This document shows, in pieces, positions 25,005 to 36,590 of a DNA stretch of 64,000 nt. The translations under genes were made by a program, and so were the position numbers. The stretch lies in NCBI GenBank assembly GCA_964016885.1, contig OZ024742.1, positions 264,678,001-264,742,000 on the forward strand, given 5' to 3'. Each line of letters opens with the position of its first letter. Position 1 is the first letter of the stretch. The stretch is from Eledone cirrhosa (lineage: Eukaryota). The notes under the pieces were generated by a model that was not told the origin of the DNA, did not search any database, and was given only the letters and a program-made list of their open reading frames with translations.

Positions 25005-28000
25005 TGTCCGCTTATGCACCCCAATCTGGTCTACTTGATGTTATAAAGGACAGGTTCTATGAGACGCTAATGCACACTACCTCCCAAATAACCGACAGCG
25101 ACTACCTAATTATTGCTGGCGATCTAAACGGCCACGTTGGACAACATAGTGATGGTTATGATTGAATCCATAGAGGCTGTGGGTTTGGAAATAGAAATGA
25201 GGAAGGCTTCAGAATCCTCGAATTCTGTGACGCCAATAACCTAACTATCTGTAACAAACTTCAAAAAACGTGAAAACCACTTGATCACCTATAGATTAGG
25301 GGAACACGCCAGCCAGATAGATTATATCCTTACTAGAAGACAGAACAAAGTGTCTGTTGTAAACACTAAATCCCTCCCTCGTGAAGAATGCACCTCCCAA
25401 CATAGCCTAGTAGTTAGTGACCTCACAGTCAGGAATAGACGTACTCGACGACAGAGGAGGCCTACCTTGAGGAGTAGAATATGGAAGTTGAAGGACCCCA
25501 TAGCCATTGACAAACTTAAAAGCTTATTACTTGATGCCTTTGACAATAAGGAAGAGCAATTAGAGACGTGCGATATAGAGGAACAGTGGCAATTCTTGAA
25601 AGTGAACCTGCTGAAAGCTGCGGATGAAATCTGTGGCTGGAGCAGACCTATTGGCAGGAGGAGAGTAACATGGTGGTGGAACAGTAAGGTAGAAGAGACA
25701 ATTAAGGCCAAAAAGAAGGCTTGGAAAGTATGGCAGAATGGGGGAAGTAGAGAGCACTATCAAGTGGCCAGGAGAAAAGCTAGGAGACAAGTGTACCTTG
25801 CAAAAAGGGAAGCAGAGGAAAGAAAGTTCAAGCATGTTCTACAACGTGAGGACCAAAAACGCGAGGTGTTCAGGATTGCTAGACAATGTGTCAAGGAAAA
25901 CCGTGATATTGTTGGGGAGAAGTGTGTCCGTAATGATAATAGTGTACTTGCCCTCACTGATGCTGATAAGAAGATAGCCTGGAAGTGTCACTACGAGAGA
26001 CTATTAAATGAAGAGAATAAGTGGGAAAAAGATAGTCTGCTCCAAATCGATCCAATAGAAGGACCAGCGGTGCAAGTTAAAGGTAGTATAATAAGTAAGG
26101 CAATCAAAGATAAGAAAACAGGCAAGGCAGCTGGGCCTTCGGAGATAGTTGCTGAGATGTTGAAGGCATCTGGAATGGTGGGACATACTATGGTCACCCG
26201 TATAGTTAACCAAGTAATACAGAATGGGGTCATACCAAAAGATTGGCATAGCAGCATCATCATTAACTGATACAAGAGTAAAGGAGATGCTCTAGATAGA
26301 GGAAACTATAGAGGCATTAAGTTAGTTGACCAGGTCATGAAGGTCACAGAAAGAGTTATAGCGCAACTAATCAGAGAGCGAATTAATCTAGATGAAATGC
26401 AGTTTGGGTTTGTGTCAGGTAAAAGTACCACAGAAGCTATTTTCCTTGTACGACAACTACAATAGAAGTACCTAGCTAAAAGTAAACCCCTCTACTTAGC
26501 TTTTGTAGACCTGGAAAAAGCCTTTGACAGAGTCCCCCGCTCCATTATCTGGTGGGCTCTTAGAAAACTAGGTGTAGATGAATGGCTTGTGAGAGCTATA
26601 CAAGCTATGTATAATGAAACAGTCAGTAAGGTTAGAATTAACAATGAATATTGTGAAGAATTTAGTGTAAAAGTTGGTGTTCACCAAGGCTCTGTCCTTA
26701 GCCCTCTCCTATTTATTATTGCCCTTCAGGCTATAACAGAGGAGTTCAAGACCGGCTGCCCATAGGAACTCTTATACGCAGATGATCTAACGCTCATAGC
26801 TGAATCAATGCCTGAACTAGAAAAGAAATTCCAAACATAGAAGCATGGCCTAGAATCAAAAGGCCTTAAAGTTAACTTGTCTAAGACTAAAGTCCTAGTT
26901 TGTAGAAAGGAAAATAAGGCACAGGTTCTCTCAGGGAATGGCCTTGCTCAGTGTGTAGGAAAGGAGTAGGCAGAAATTCAATTTTATGTCCCAAATGCAA
27001 AGTATGGGTACATAAAAGATGTAGTGGGATCACAGGTAAACTATCTAAGAACGTAGACTTTATATGTGGCCGATGCTCAGGTGCAATAGGTAGCAAGTGT
27101 CCACAGGATACTAGCCCCGTCTATTGCCCAGATGGTTCTATAGAAATAGTAGACACTTTCCGTTATCTGGGTGACGAAATTAGCAGTGGTGGAGGGTGTT
27201 CTGAAAGTACAATAGCCAGAGTCAGAACAGGATGGAAAAAGTTCAGAGAGCTTATACCACTGTCGGCCACAAAGGGTTTCTCTCTAAAAATGAAAGGCAG
27301 GCTGTATGATGCTTGTATACGAACAGCAATGCTACATGGCAGTGAGACATGGGCATTGCGTGCAGAGGACCTGCGTAGACTGGAAAGGAACAAAGCATGC
27401 ATGCTCCATTGGATGTGTAATAGTAATATACGTGAACAGCAAAGCATAAGTGAACTAAGTGAGAAATTAGGAATAAGAGGGATCAGATGCTGTTTACTCG
27501 AGAGAAGACTACGTTGGTATGGCCACATGATGCGCATGAAAGACGACAGCTGTATAAAAAAGTGCAGGGCGATCAAAATTGATGGTAGTTATGGAGTAGG
27601 TAGACCCAGAAAAACCTGGGACGATCTGATAAATTCCGACCTTACACATTTACACCTCTCCAAGACAATGTCTCTGGACCGAGATCTTTGGCGCTACGTA
27701 GTAATACAGAAGACCTGCCTTGCCTATGTAGAAAGCGAAACCTACAGTCAGTAGGCACCTCTTAATCAAATATACACCTCAATCCAGTACCCTTACCCTA
27801 TCCTCCCACTCCCACCAACACCACCCTCTCTCTATAAAGTTGGTACCACAACACCCAGTCCAAATAAATGAGATAAATGAAATCGAGATCGTGTAGGTGT
27901 CACGAGAAAAAACACAGTCCACGCTGTAATGTTGCCGTGTAGGTAAAAAGTTCCTAGTTCCACACTGTAAATGTGGTTGGTGTTAGGAAGGGCATCCAGC

Positions 28001-28142
28001 CGTAGATAACGTGCCAGATAGTCCTATATGAGCGAGACACGGTCACCTGACCAAACCTTGCCTTAAGTGGGACAACTCCCATCTAACCCATGCTAGCGTG
28101 GAAAGTGGACGTTTAAATGAAGATGATGATGATGATGATGAT
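25005..28142 (+). mobile_element. RTE-clade LINE (subfamily B): APE endonuclease, RT and PHD-like finger, disrupted by stops
   Basis: YAPQSG, IIAGDLNGHVG, SQIDYIL, SQH (APE); LAFVDLEKAFDRVPR, GVHQGSVLSPLLF, LYADDL (RT); CSVC..CPKC..HKRC..CGRC; 3' UTR and (GAT)n tail; several in-frame TAG/TGA stops. Confidence 0.95.
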
Positions 28143-28208
28143 ATAAATGAAAAGTATAGAAATTATTGTGAGCGTGAAGCCAACAGTATTTCATAATATA
28201 TATATATA

Positions 28209-28484
28209 ATGAAATACTGTAATAATAAACTGAGGAACTCCACCTCCTTGGCAGCGTACGTCCATAATTTAAAAAATGCACGAACACGTTACACACTTAC
28301 TTGGCGGCAGGTTGCTAAATCCCATCCATATACTCCTCATAGTAGAGTATGTAACCTGTGCCTTGCCGAATCCCACTCTATTATATTTGCTAAATGCCCT
28401 CTACTAAATAGAAAGTCTGAAATTTTTTCCTCTTGCCCCCACCGAATATTAAGCTCTTTCTTCTACTTTAAACCTGTTAGCTAG
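28209..28484 (+). pseudogene. C-terminal fragment of a Penelope-like GIY-YIG endonuclease
   Basis: STSLAAYVHNLK..YTLTWRQVAKSHPY..RVCNLCLAESHSII..LLNRKSEIFSSCPHR matches the pattern ST.LS.Y.W.LK..W.I..PY..CNLCL.EK..I..LLNKRSE....CRH of Penelope-like (Neptune-type) element C-termini. Confidence 0.8.
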
Positions 28485-29717
28485 CACTTCCTTATTCCTC
28501 CAGTTGGGCTGTCTTGTGTAACTGTCTCTGACTGTGTGTAACTGTCTCCTATTGTTGGTCGTCTATGTATACGAGTCGGTGAATGTATACGTATGCCTGT
28601 GGGAGGATATTGATCTTGATATTGGGGTGTGCAGGGGAGTGTATGTTAATAAGCACCCCTGTTTGGCACAGTGGATGTAACCCATCCACGCTGGCCTACC
28701 CACCATTAGTGCATTGGTGGACCTATCCTGACGTATATCTTGTTGATCTGTACCTCTGTATGCGCATGAGTTGTGATGTAATGTATTTATGTAAAGCGTG
28801 TACTGCGATTTAGACTGCACTAGTAGAAATTTAGCCTGTAACTGTGGGCGGACCCGTGCCATCCCGCCGTAAGCAGTGGATACGTGGCGCATATACGTGT
28901 TGCCCTCATATTCTGTGGTTCAAGATCTACAGGCTGACCTCTGGGAGCTCTTACCTGGGGTTGTAGTCTTTCTAGCACGATCGGCCTTCCATATATTGAC
29001 GGTCGTTTTTATGATCCCGAAAGTAACGTTTTGGCCCCGATAGCCCTCCGTAGTTACTAACGGTCTGTGTACACTCGAATCGGTCAATGGCACGTGCGGA
29101 CATGAATATCTCCGTAGGATTTCAACTTTATTTTACTACATCTCATCGTATGTATTTGTTTTGAAGGTATTACCTGTGGTGGTGGGTCTGGTCTAATGTG
29201 GTATTTCGGTGTTTAATATCGGCTTTGACCCGGGTGTCCTACGCTGTGTGTGTGTGCGTGTGTGTCCGTGTATACATTTATATGTGTATGGGTGTAGATG
29301 GTTGTATGTGTCTGTATATATAAAAAAAAATATATATATATATATATGTATACCGTCTCTGCATATGCATGTGGTGTGTATACGTGCTGAACATATTGAT
29401 GTGTACAATCTTGTGATGTCCCAATGCGGTGACTTAATGGCTCTTGAAGCTATTTTTTATATATCTTCTGTCTTTTTATATATATTTTGTATGCGCTACA
29501 ACTGTGTCTGCTTGCTTTAACCCGCCTGCACCTCGCTTGCTAATGCACGTGAATTCTTCTACCTCCTTCGATGCACCTCTCTCTGACCATTGGACTCCTG
29601 CCCGTGTGTGAACCGGTTTGTGATTACCCCACCGCTCAACTGTGTGAATGCACACCCATGACTTTCGAGTGAACTTTCGAGACTGCCCAACCTGGGACGC
29701 CTCCATTGCCTTGCAAT

Positions 29718-29876
29718 GGTCAAGTGATACTGGTGACTGTGACACTTAGTGCCTTCGTGGGCCCCTGATGTTTTCAAGAAATATATTTTAAAAAATTGGT
29801 CAAGTGATACACATAACTGTGACACTTAGTGCCTTCGTGGGCCCCTGATATATTCAAGAGATATATTCTAAAAAAT
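29718..29876. repeat. ~80-bp direct tandem duplication
   Basis: GGTCAAGTGATAC..CTGTGACACTTAGTGCCTTCGTGGGCCCCTGAT..TTCAAGA.ATATATT.TAAAAAAT occurs twice. Confidence 0.9.
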
Positions 29877-30005
29877 ATATATCTTATCTCAATTTATTTT
29901 ATTTCATTTCATGTTATCTAATTTTATTTATTTACTTACTTGACTCCATTTATTTATTTATTTATTTATTTATTTAAATTTAAATTTTATTTATTTATTT
30001 AATTT

Positions 30006-30045
<40 letters not shown>

Positions 30046-30604
30046 TTACATTTAATTACATTTAATTATACATTTAATTATATCTTATATTATATTATTT
30101 TAATTTAGTCTATGTTATTTGATTTTAGTTTACCTTATTTTATCTTATTTTACGATTATATTATATTATGTTCTATGTATATAATTTTTAATTTTAATTT
30201 TATATTATTTTATCTCATTCCTTACCCTATATTTTATATGTAAGTTTGTTATGTATTTCTTTGTATTTCTTTATATTTTCTTATTTATATATATTATAAG
30301 TCTGTTTTTCACCTATTTTTTACCTACTCTTACCTAATCCCATCTATCTTATCTACTCTTGTCTGTTCTCTTATCCATGTGTCTACTCTTGTCTGTTCTC
30401 TTATCCATGTGTATGCTTGTATGTAACTATATGTTGACAGCACCCCGCCCAACTGTGACTGATAGCACCCCTTATTTTTATTTTTATTTTTATTTTTATT
30501 TTTATTTTTACTTTTATTTTTATTCTTATCCTTTATCGTCTATTATTACCTTTCATTCTTCAATGTCTTGGATTTGTTATTGCTTGTATGGTATGTAATT
30601 AACC

Positions 30605-30660
30605 TTTATGCTCTGATGAGTCCCACTTATAGTGCGGATGAAACAATGTTAGCAAGTAAA
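30605..30660 (+). ncRNA. Minimal type I hammerhead ribozyme
   Basis: Stem I TTTA-TGCT / AGCA-(AG)-TAAA; core CTGATGA (30613-30619); stem II GTCC-CAC-ttata-GTG-c-GGAT; GAAA (30640-30643); minimal stem III C-aat-G; cleavage triplet GTT (30648-30650). Confidence 0.8.
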
Positions 30661-30693
30661 GATATGCATATGCTATAAGCGTTCTTTGTTATT

Positions 30694-30735
<42 letters not shown>

Positions 30736-30751
30736 GAACTATGCCTGTAAA

Positions 30752-30959
30752 AAAATTTATTTTTTCTTTCCCATTACCTTATCATGTTCCACATTATCCC
30801 CGTTTTTTTTCTTTTTTCTTTTCACTTCAAAAACCTTATTTGTAAATAACATTATTCTTTGTTATTTACAAATAAGGTTTTTCAAGTGAAAAGAAAAAAG
30901 AAAAAAAAGGGGGATAATGTGGAACATGATAAGGTAATGGGAAAGAAAAAATAAATTTT
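30752..30959. repeat. ~100-bp-arm fold-back palindrome
   Basis: 30752-30851 and 30860-30959 are near-perfect reverse complements around a short loop. Confidence 0.92.
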
Positions 30960-31360
30960 GTTCACCATTTCCTTAACATGTTCAACATCACCAACATTTT
31001 ACACCAATACAAATTCCCCCCTTTGATAATGCATAAAATGCTGAAACCAATAATAGACAATTATTAAATATATAAATAAATAAATAAATGCCATTGTTAA
31101 TTAATAAGTAAATTAACTAATATCTTAACACTTCACACAAAGTAAAATATTTTGTTTTAAACATTTTCTAACCCAGAAAAAAGATAAAAAAGATAAAAGG
31201 GAAAAAAAAATATTTTTCTTCCTAATAATTGTCTTTTTCTCCCTCTTTTCATATATATATATATATATGTATCTGTGTGTGTGTATACGTAAATATATAT
31301 ATATACATACATACATATATATATATATACACAGACTTATGTGTTTATATATATATATAT

Positions 31361-32345
31361 GGTGGCTGCCAACTCGTTTTTGAGTACGGCCACTACTTTA
31401 TATCCATGTAGGAGAATCCCTACCGATGCGCTGAACGAGTGTGGCTTTTTAGTCCAGCCAGTGACTTGAAAACTCTGGTACAAACACTACACTTGTGACA
31501 ATTATTGACACCTCGTGCTGGGCCCATGGTACTATGTGACCCAAGGTGTCGTGTGAGATCACTACTCAACCTGCATACCCTTCCACAAACATTACATGTC
31601 GTCGTCTGATGAACACTTATAGCTCCATAGGTGCCTGCTTCCCTGTTCTTGTGCACTGTCAAGTGACTCTTTAGACCTGCCATGCTCAGACAAACCCTAT
31701 TACAGGTCTCACATGTCAGGTCAGGCCGTCTGTCAGTGCCTTCGGGAAGGCCAACATGGATTCCTTTCCGGACATCTCTTTTTAGTGTCGCGTGCCTTCT
31801 TCTTGTTTCCTCAAATAGACTCTTGCCACCAGCCACTGCTTTCCTCCAATGCGATCGGTCGCTAGCGCATGCTTCCCAGTGCTCACAAGGGATGTTACTT
31901 TTCTTGAGCGCCCCCTTGATGCAGTCCTTAAAACACATCTTGGGTTTGCTCGCGTTCCTTTTTCCCATTTGGAGCTCACCATAAAGCAACTGCTTCAGCA
32001 TTCGCTTATCATTCATCCTTACAAGATGGCCTGTCCAGCGCAGCTGATGTTTCAAAATCAAGGACTCGACACTATCACAGCCACTTCTGTCCAGAACCTC
32101 GACGTCACTGACAAACATTTTCAAAGTTATGCCGAGGATCCGACGTAAGCAGTACTGGTGGAACCTCTCAAGTCACTTCATCTGTCTACGGTAGACCACC
32201 CACGTCTCACAAGCATAAAGAAGTGCTGCGAGCATACACGCATGATACACTTTGAGCTTTGTCTTTACCGAAATTCTGAAAGACCAGAGATGCTTGTTCA
32301 GTTTTCCAAAAGCATCACTGGCTTTCTGTATCCTGTTTGATATTG
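31361..32345 (-). mobile_element. 5'-truncated RTE (BovB-like) LINE with three C-terminal C2H2 zinc fingers
   Basis: RIQKASDAFGKL, TKLKVY..LLYACETW, QLRWTGHLVRM..KQLLYGEL..FKDCIK; then CETC..H..H, CNVC..H..H, CSVC..H..H; flanked by (TA)n on both sides. Confidence 0.9.
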
Positions 32346-32434
32346 TAATATATATATATATATATATACATACACACACACAAATACACATGTGTGTATT
32401 CTTATACAACTTTTACAATATTATTAATAGCTTT

Positions 32435-32553
32435 TGAGTTCAAATCCCATCGAGGTTAACTTTGCCTTTCATCCTTACGGGGTCGATAAAATAAAGTACC
32501 AGTAATACACTGGGATAATTGCTGGCCTTGTGCCAAAAGTAGAAACAATTATT
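32435..32553 (+). mobile_element. SINE family 3 copy (5'-truncated)
   Basis: GAGTTCAAATCCCATCGAGGTTAACTTTGCCTTTCATCCTTACGGGGTCGATAAAATAAAGTACCAG... Confidence 0.85.
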
Positions 32554-32652
32554 ACTAGCTTTTATTTGTAATTTCTCAGATGAGTCATTTTGTATGTATG
32601 TAGGTGCATATGTATGTGTATTGTATCTATATATATGTGTGTGTATGTATAT

Positions 32653-32691
<39 letters not shown>

Positions 32692-32695
<4 letters not shown>

Positions 32696-33332
32696 AAGAA
32701 TGAATAATAACAGGTAGACATCATAAAAAGGTAATTTATTCCGTGTGCTTACAAGTGTTTCCACGGTGGTACTGCAGCCTAGTTATGCTACGGGCAATAA
32801 ATAATTCCGACCTTAACTATCAACGCATCTCTCCAAAAGTAACCAGTATAATAAAACCCCTACCATAACATTTTGATTAAGATATCTACAAGCCACTCTC
32901 TCCTACTTCTCCAACCCCTGCATATCTTTCTTTCTCTCTCCCTCTTCCCTACTTTTCTCTCTTCCTTTTCTACTCTATCTTCCCCAACAACCCCACTTAA
33001 GGGTATTTACATTGTACATTTACCATTCTGCTCTGAGGAAACAGTGGTCACAGCATTGGATATTCGAGTTCTGCAAGTACTTGTGAATTTGCACGTAGCA
33101 TAACTAGGCTGCAGTACCACCGTAGAAACACTTGTAAGCACACGGAATAAATTACCTTTTTATGATGTCTACCTGTTATTATTCATTCTTTATATACACT
33201 CCGGAATACTGAAGGATCAGGAACTTAGTTTCTTTAACAATTCTTCCATAACTCGTAGAGTAACCTCTTACCGTACGTCAACCATATCCAGTGTAGTAAT
33301 TAACCATTACTACATCTTGGATAATCCTATAC

Positions 33333-33337
<5 letters not shown>
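32692..33337 (+). mobile_element. Penelope-like terminal fragment with inverted partial pseudo-LTR
   Basis: 32692-32792 is the reverse complement of 33094-33194 (one mismatch seen); the forward copy carries a hammerhead motif; flanked by (TA)n on both sides. Confidence 0.75.
33025..33148 (+). ncRNA. Type I hammerhead-like motif with a long stem II insertion
   Basis: ATTC-TGCT / AGCA-(CACG)-GAAT stem I; CTGAGGA (33033-33039); ACAGTGG..69 nt..CCACCGT stem II; GAAA (33125-33128); C-actt-G; GTA triplet (33134-33136). The first stem II pair is non-canonical. Confidence 0.6.
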
Positions 33338-33387
<50 letters not shown>

Positions 33388-34539
33388 TTGTTTGCAATCA
33401 ACCCTCCTCTTCAGAATTTATTTCAACATGGAATGGAACTTATTTCAATATGATACTTACTTTACTGGCCTCATATACCTGGAAAGCTCCCTAGAAATTG
33501 TTCATAGCTTTTACTACTTTGGTACCCTATTTAGTAGAGGAATTGAAGCTATTCCCTCTACTGGCAATAAAGAATTTCCCCCTCAAGGTGAAAAGTAGAT
33601 TGTATGATGTTTGTGTACAAATTACTAATATGTATGATAGGGAAATATGGGTCTTGAATGCAAAGGACTTTTGAAGGCTGGAAAGAAATGCAGCAAGCAT
33701 GTTCTGCTGTATGTGTAATATTACTGTTCAATAATAGCAAAGCATAAATAAGTTGAAAGAACAGCTTGATATAAGAAGAAACAAGTGTAGCATGCAAGAA
33801 TGAATAGAGTGCCTTTACAGGAAATGATGTTATTGGAAGATATCAGTTGTATAAAGATGTAAAGTTCACTTAGAGAAGATGGAACGTGGAAGACAATTAC
33901 TAAGGCAGGCATGAGTTGAAGTGGTGAATACTGACCTCAGGAAGCTGACACTCATAAAGGAGTTGACAAAAGTCAATGAGGGCTGGCAGTGTGTTGTGTT
34001 GGAGAAGATCTTCCAACCAGTGCAAGTATGGCAAAATGGTTATTAAACTTATAGTAATATTGATGAATATCAGGTTGTATGTAATTAGGCTTCTCACCCA
34101 CTATACTATTGTTAACTTCAATCTGTTTTCCTATTCAATTCCATCTCATCTATCACCTATCTAAATCATTTGATTCAATTTCTCCACCATCACACATTAT
34201 CATTGTTACACCCATTATCATTATCGCTCTACTTCCTTCTGATCATCAACTTTGTATCACTACACCTAACTCTCATTGTGTAATGAGGAAAGTAAAGCAT
34301 GTGAAAAAACTTATGTACTATTTTATCTCATCCTTACATCTTAGGCAATTCAATTTAGACAGAATTAAATTTCTTAAGAGCTTATAACTTTGAATGTACT
34401 TGCTTGATCAGGATGAATCAGGATTTATTCAAAATATCTGACTTTAAAGGATATTTTGTATTACATTCATCTATTTCCAGAGTTATTTCCTTATATTGTT
34501 ATCATTCAAGGCACTGACTTGCATTGGAATTTTGGCATT

Positions 34540-35558
34540 TACATCATTCTTGCTGCTCTGATGTCTCTATACGACTGCCCAAGTAATTGTTTTCAGATAA
34601 ATGTCGCTAAATCAAAACCATTCAATGTGGGAATCAGACTCCTCCGAGGGTGCATACTGTCACCTCTCCTGTTCATTATTTGCATGCACAGGATTGACAT
34701 GTGCAGCCAGGTTGGAAGTGGTATCATGACTGGCGGGTGTAAAATCGTTGGCTGGAATTTGCAGACAACATGGTCTTACTTAACTCAACAGAAGGTGATC
34801 TCTGACTTGCACTTGATAAATTTGATGCTGAGTGCTGCATGGCTGGAATGAAAATCAGTGCTGCAAAAACTGAGATACTCATTCTCTCAAGGAAGCCTGC
34901 ACAGTGCACTCTACATGTGAATGGAGTTCCACTGAAGCAGGTAGAGAAGTTCAAGTATCTTGGGGCCGTGTTCACTAGTGATGGAAGGCAGGAGGCTAAA
35001 CTAAGTGTAAGAATTCCAGGAGCTGGTGCAGTAATGCATCAGCTTCATTATTCAGTAATCAGAAGAAGAGAGGTAGCTGTAAAAGCCAAACTTGCTATCT
35101 TCAATTTGGTATTTGTGCCAACCCTTACCAATGGTCATGAATCTTGGGTAATGACCGTACGAATACGTTTGCGAATACAAGCAGCCAAAATGGGGTTCCT
35201 CTGAAGGGTGTTGGAGTAATGTTACTCAATAGAGCTCAGAGATCAGGGAGTCACTCTAGATAGATCTGCTACTTCTCTGAATTGAGAGATCACAGCTCCA
35301 ATACTATGGGCATGTGGTTAGAATGTCTCAGGAAAGAATCGCTGGACAGATTTTACACACAAAATCAACTGGCATGAGACCTAGGTGTAGACCCCGAGCA
35401 AGATAGTTAGATAATATTCATGAGCTTGACTGGTTTCACTTGGGGATCCATATGGATCAGTAGGAGAGGTTGCTTCTGACAGGACCCACTCGAAAGAGTG
35501 TTTGCGGGTTATGCCCCACGACTCTCTCAGGAATAAGTGGGTGAACAAGAAGAAGAAA
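34540..35558 (+). mobile_element. Decayed RTE (Expander-like) LINE 3' part with (GAA)n tail
   Basis: GCILSPLLFII, AGMKISAAKTE, LKQVEKFKYLGAVFTSDG, FVPTLTNGHESWVMT..IQAAKMGFL; ends GAACAAGAAGAAGAA. Confidence 0.85.
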
Positions 35559-36590
35559 AAGATATCATTCTATCATTGATATTCTCAGAACAATAGAATG
35601 TTGGCAATGGATGATAATATTATAAATGTGAATAAAGTATCTTTGGTCTAGTTTTGTTTTTATAATGATGTCTGCAGTGTTTACAAACAGTGGGATCTCT
35701 CCTCTTCAACTATGACTCTTTCAAACAAACTTTACAGCTATCTCAGTTCTAGCAGATCTACCTCTGAACAGATATCTCAAGATTTAATTTTTTTTAAAAC
35801 TAATAATAGTATTTTATTTTAAAAAGTTGTTTATACAAAATATTATTAATGGGAACAAAAAAAAGAAAAAGAAAAAAGAATCAAACAACTAAAGAAAAGG
35901 AGAGAAGGATGAACAGACACTACACCCCCAGTCTGACCAATGTTTTCATCATGCCCCATGTGTTGTGTAGAAATTGAAACATGATTCCAAGCAATATTAG
36001 ATTTGCTAATAATAAAAATAACGATGATGTTGATGTTGCTGATGACAGTAGCACTATGTTAGTATTTTCTTTTGTAGGCAAAAAGTGTGGGACTGTTAGT
36101 ATTGAATATGGTGCTGAGGAACAGAATATATTGTATAATGTAGCCGCCAGGATAATAATGGATCTTTTTTTCTTTCACAAAAGAAAGGAATGCATGATTG
36201 TGAAGTAAAATAAAAATAAAATAAAAAGGTTGAATAAATAAACTTACAGGGAAAATTGAGAGTTAAGTTTCATTTCTGAACAGAGACCAACTTGCCATCA
36301 CTTATCACCCTACAAGTGGTAGTGGAAGTGGTAGTTGTGGTGAAGGTAGTTGTGATGAATAGTTCATTTGAGATAACAGCTGAAGAAATGAAAGCTGTTT
36401 TACTCAGTTGTATGACTGTTACTATGTAAACAAGATGTGGGAGTAAGACATAAGTACTCTTACTGGCATGTATATTTCTTCTGATAATTGACATCAACAC
36501 CATTTTTATCATCACCTTCATACAAATCAATTCAGTTATATTATGTAATATTAATATAGCCATAAGCCATTGTAATAATTACTATAATAA

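Larger units (their letters stand above)
28183..30690 (+). mobile_element. 5'-truncated Penelope-like element (GIY-YIG C-terminus, long 3' region, hammerhead)
   Basis: GIY-YIG-type ORF end at 28209-28484, hammerhead at 30605-30660, 12-bp fold-back at the 5' junction (28183-28194 / 28209-28220), ending at a (TA)n tract. That the intervening 2 kb belongs to the element is inferred. Confidence 0.65.

Noticed and set aside
31015-31060. Third hammerhead (TTGATAA..TGCATAAAATGC..GAAAC)
   Set aside because: The core deviates from CUGANGA and no GUH or stem I partner follows.
31420-32124. Host C2H2 transcription factor
   Set aside because: The fingers are fused to an RTE thumb/C-terminal domain and lack TGEKP linkers.
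36240-36420. Minus-strand exon ending at CCT|GTAAGT (~36248)
   Set aside because: No convincing reading frame or partner exon; isolated splice-like motifs are common in AT-rich DNA.
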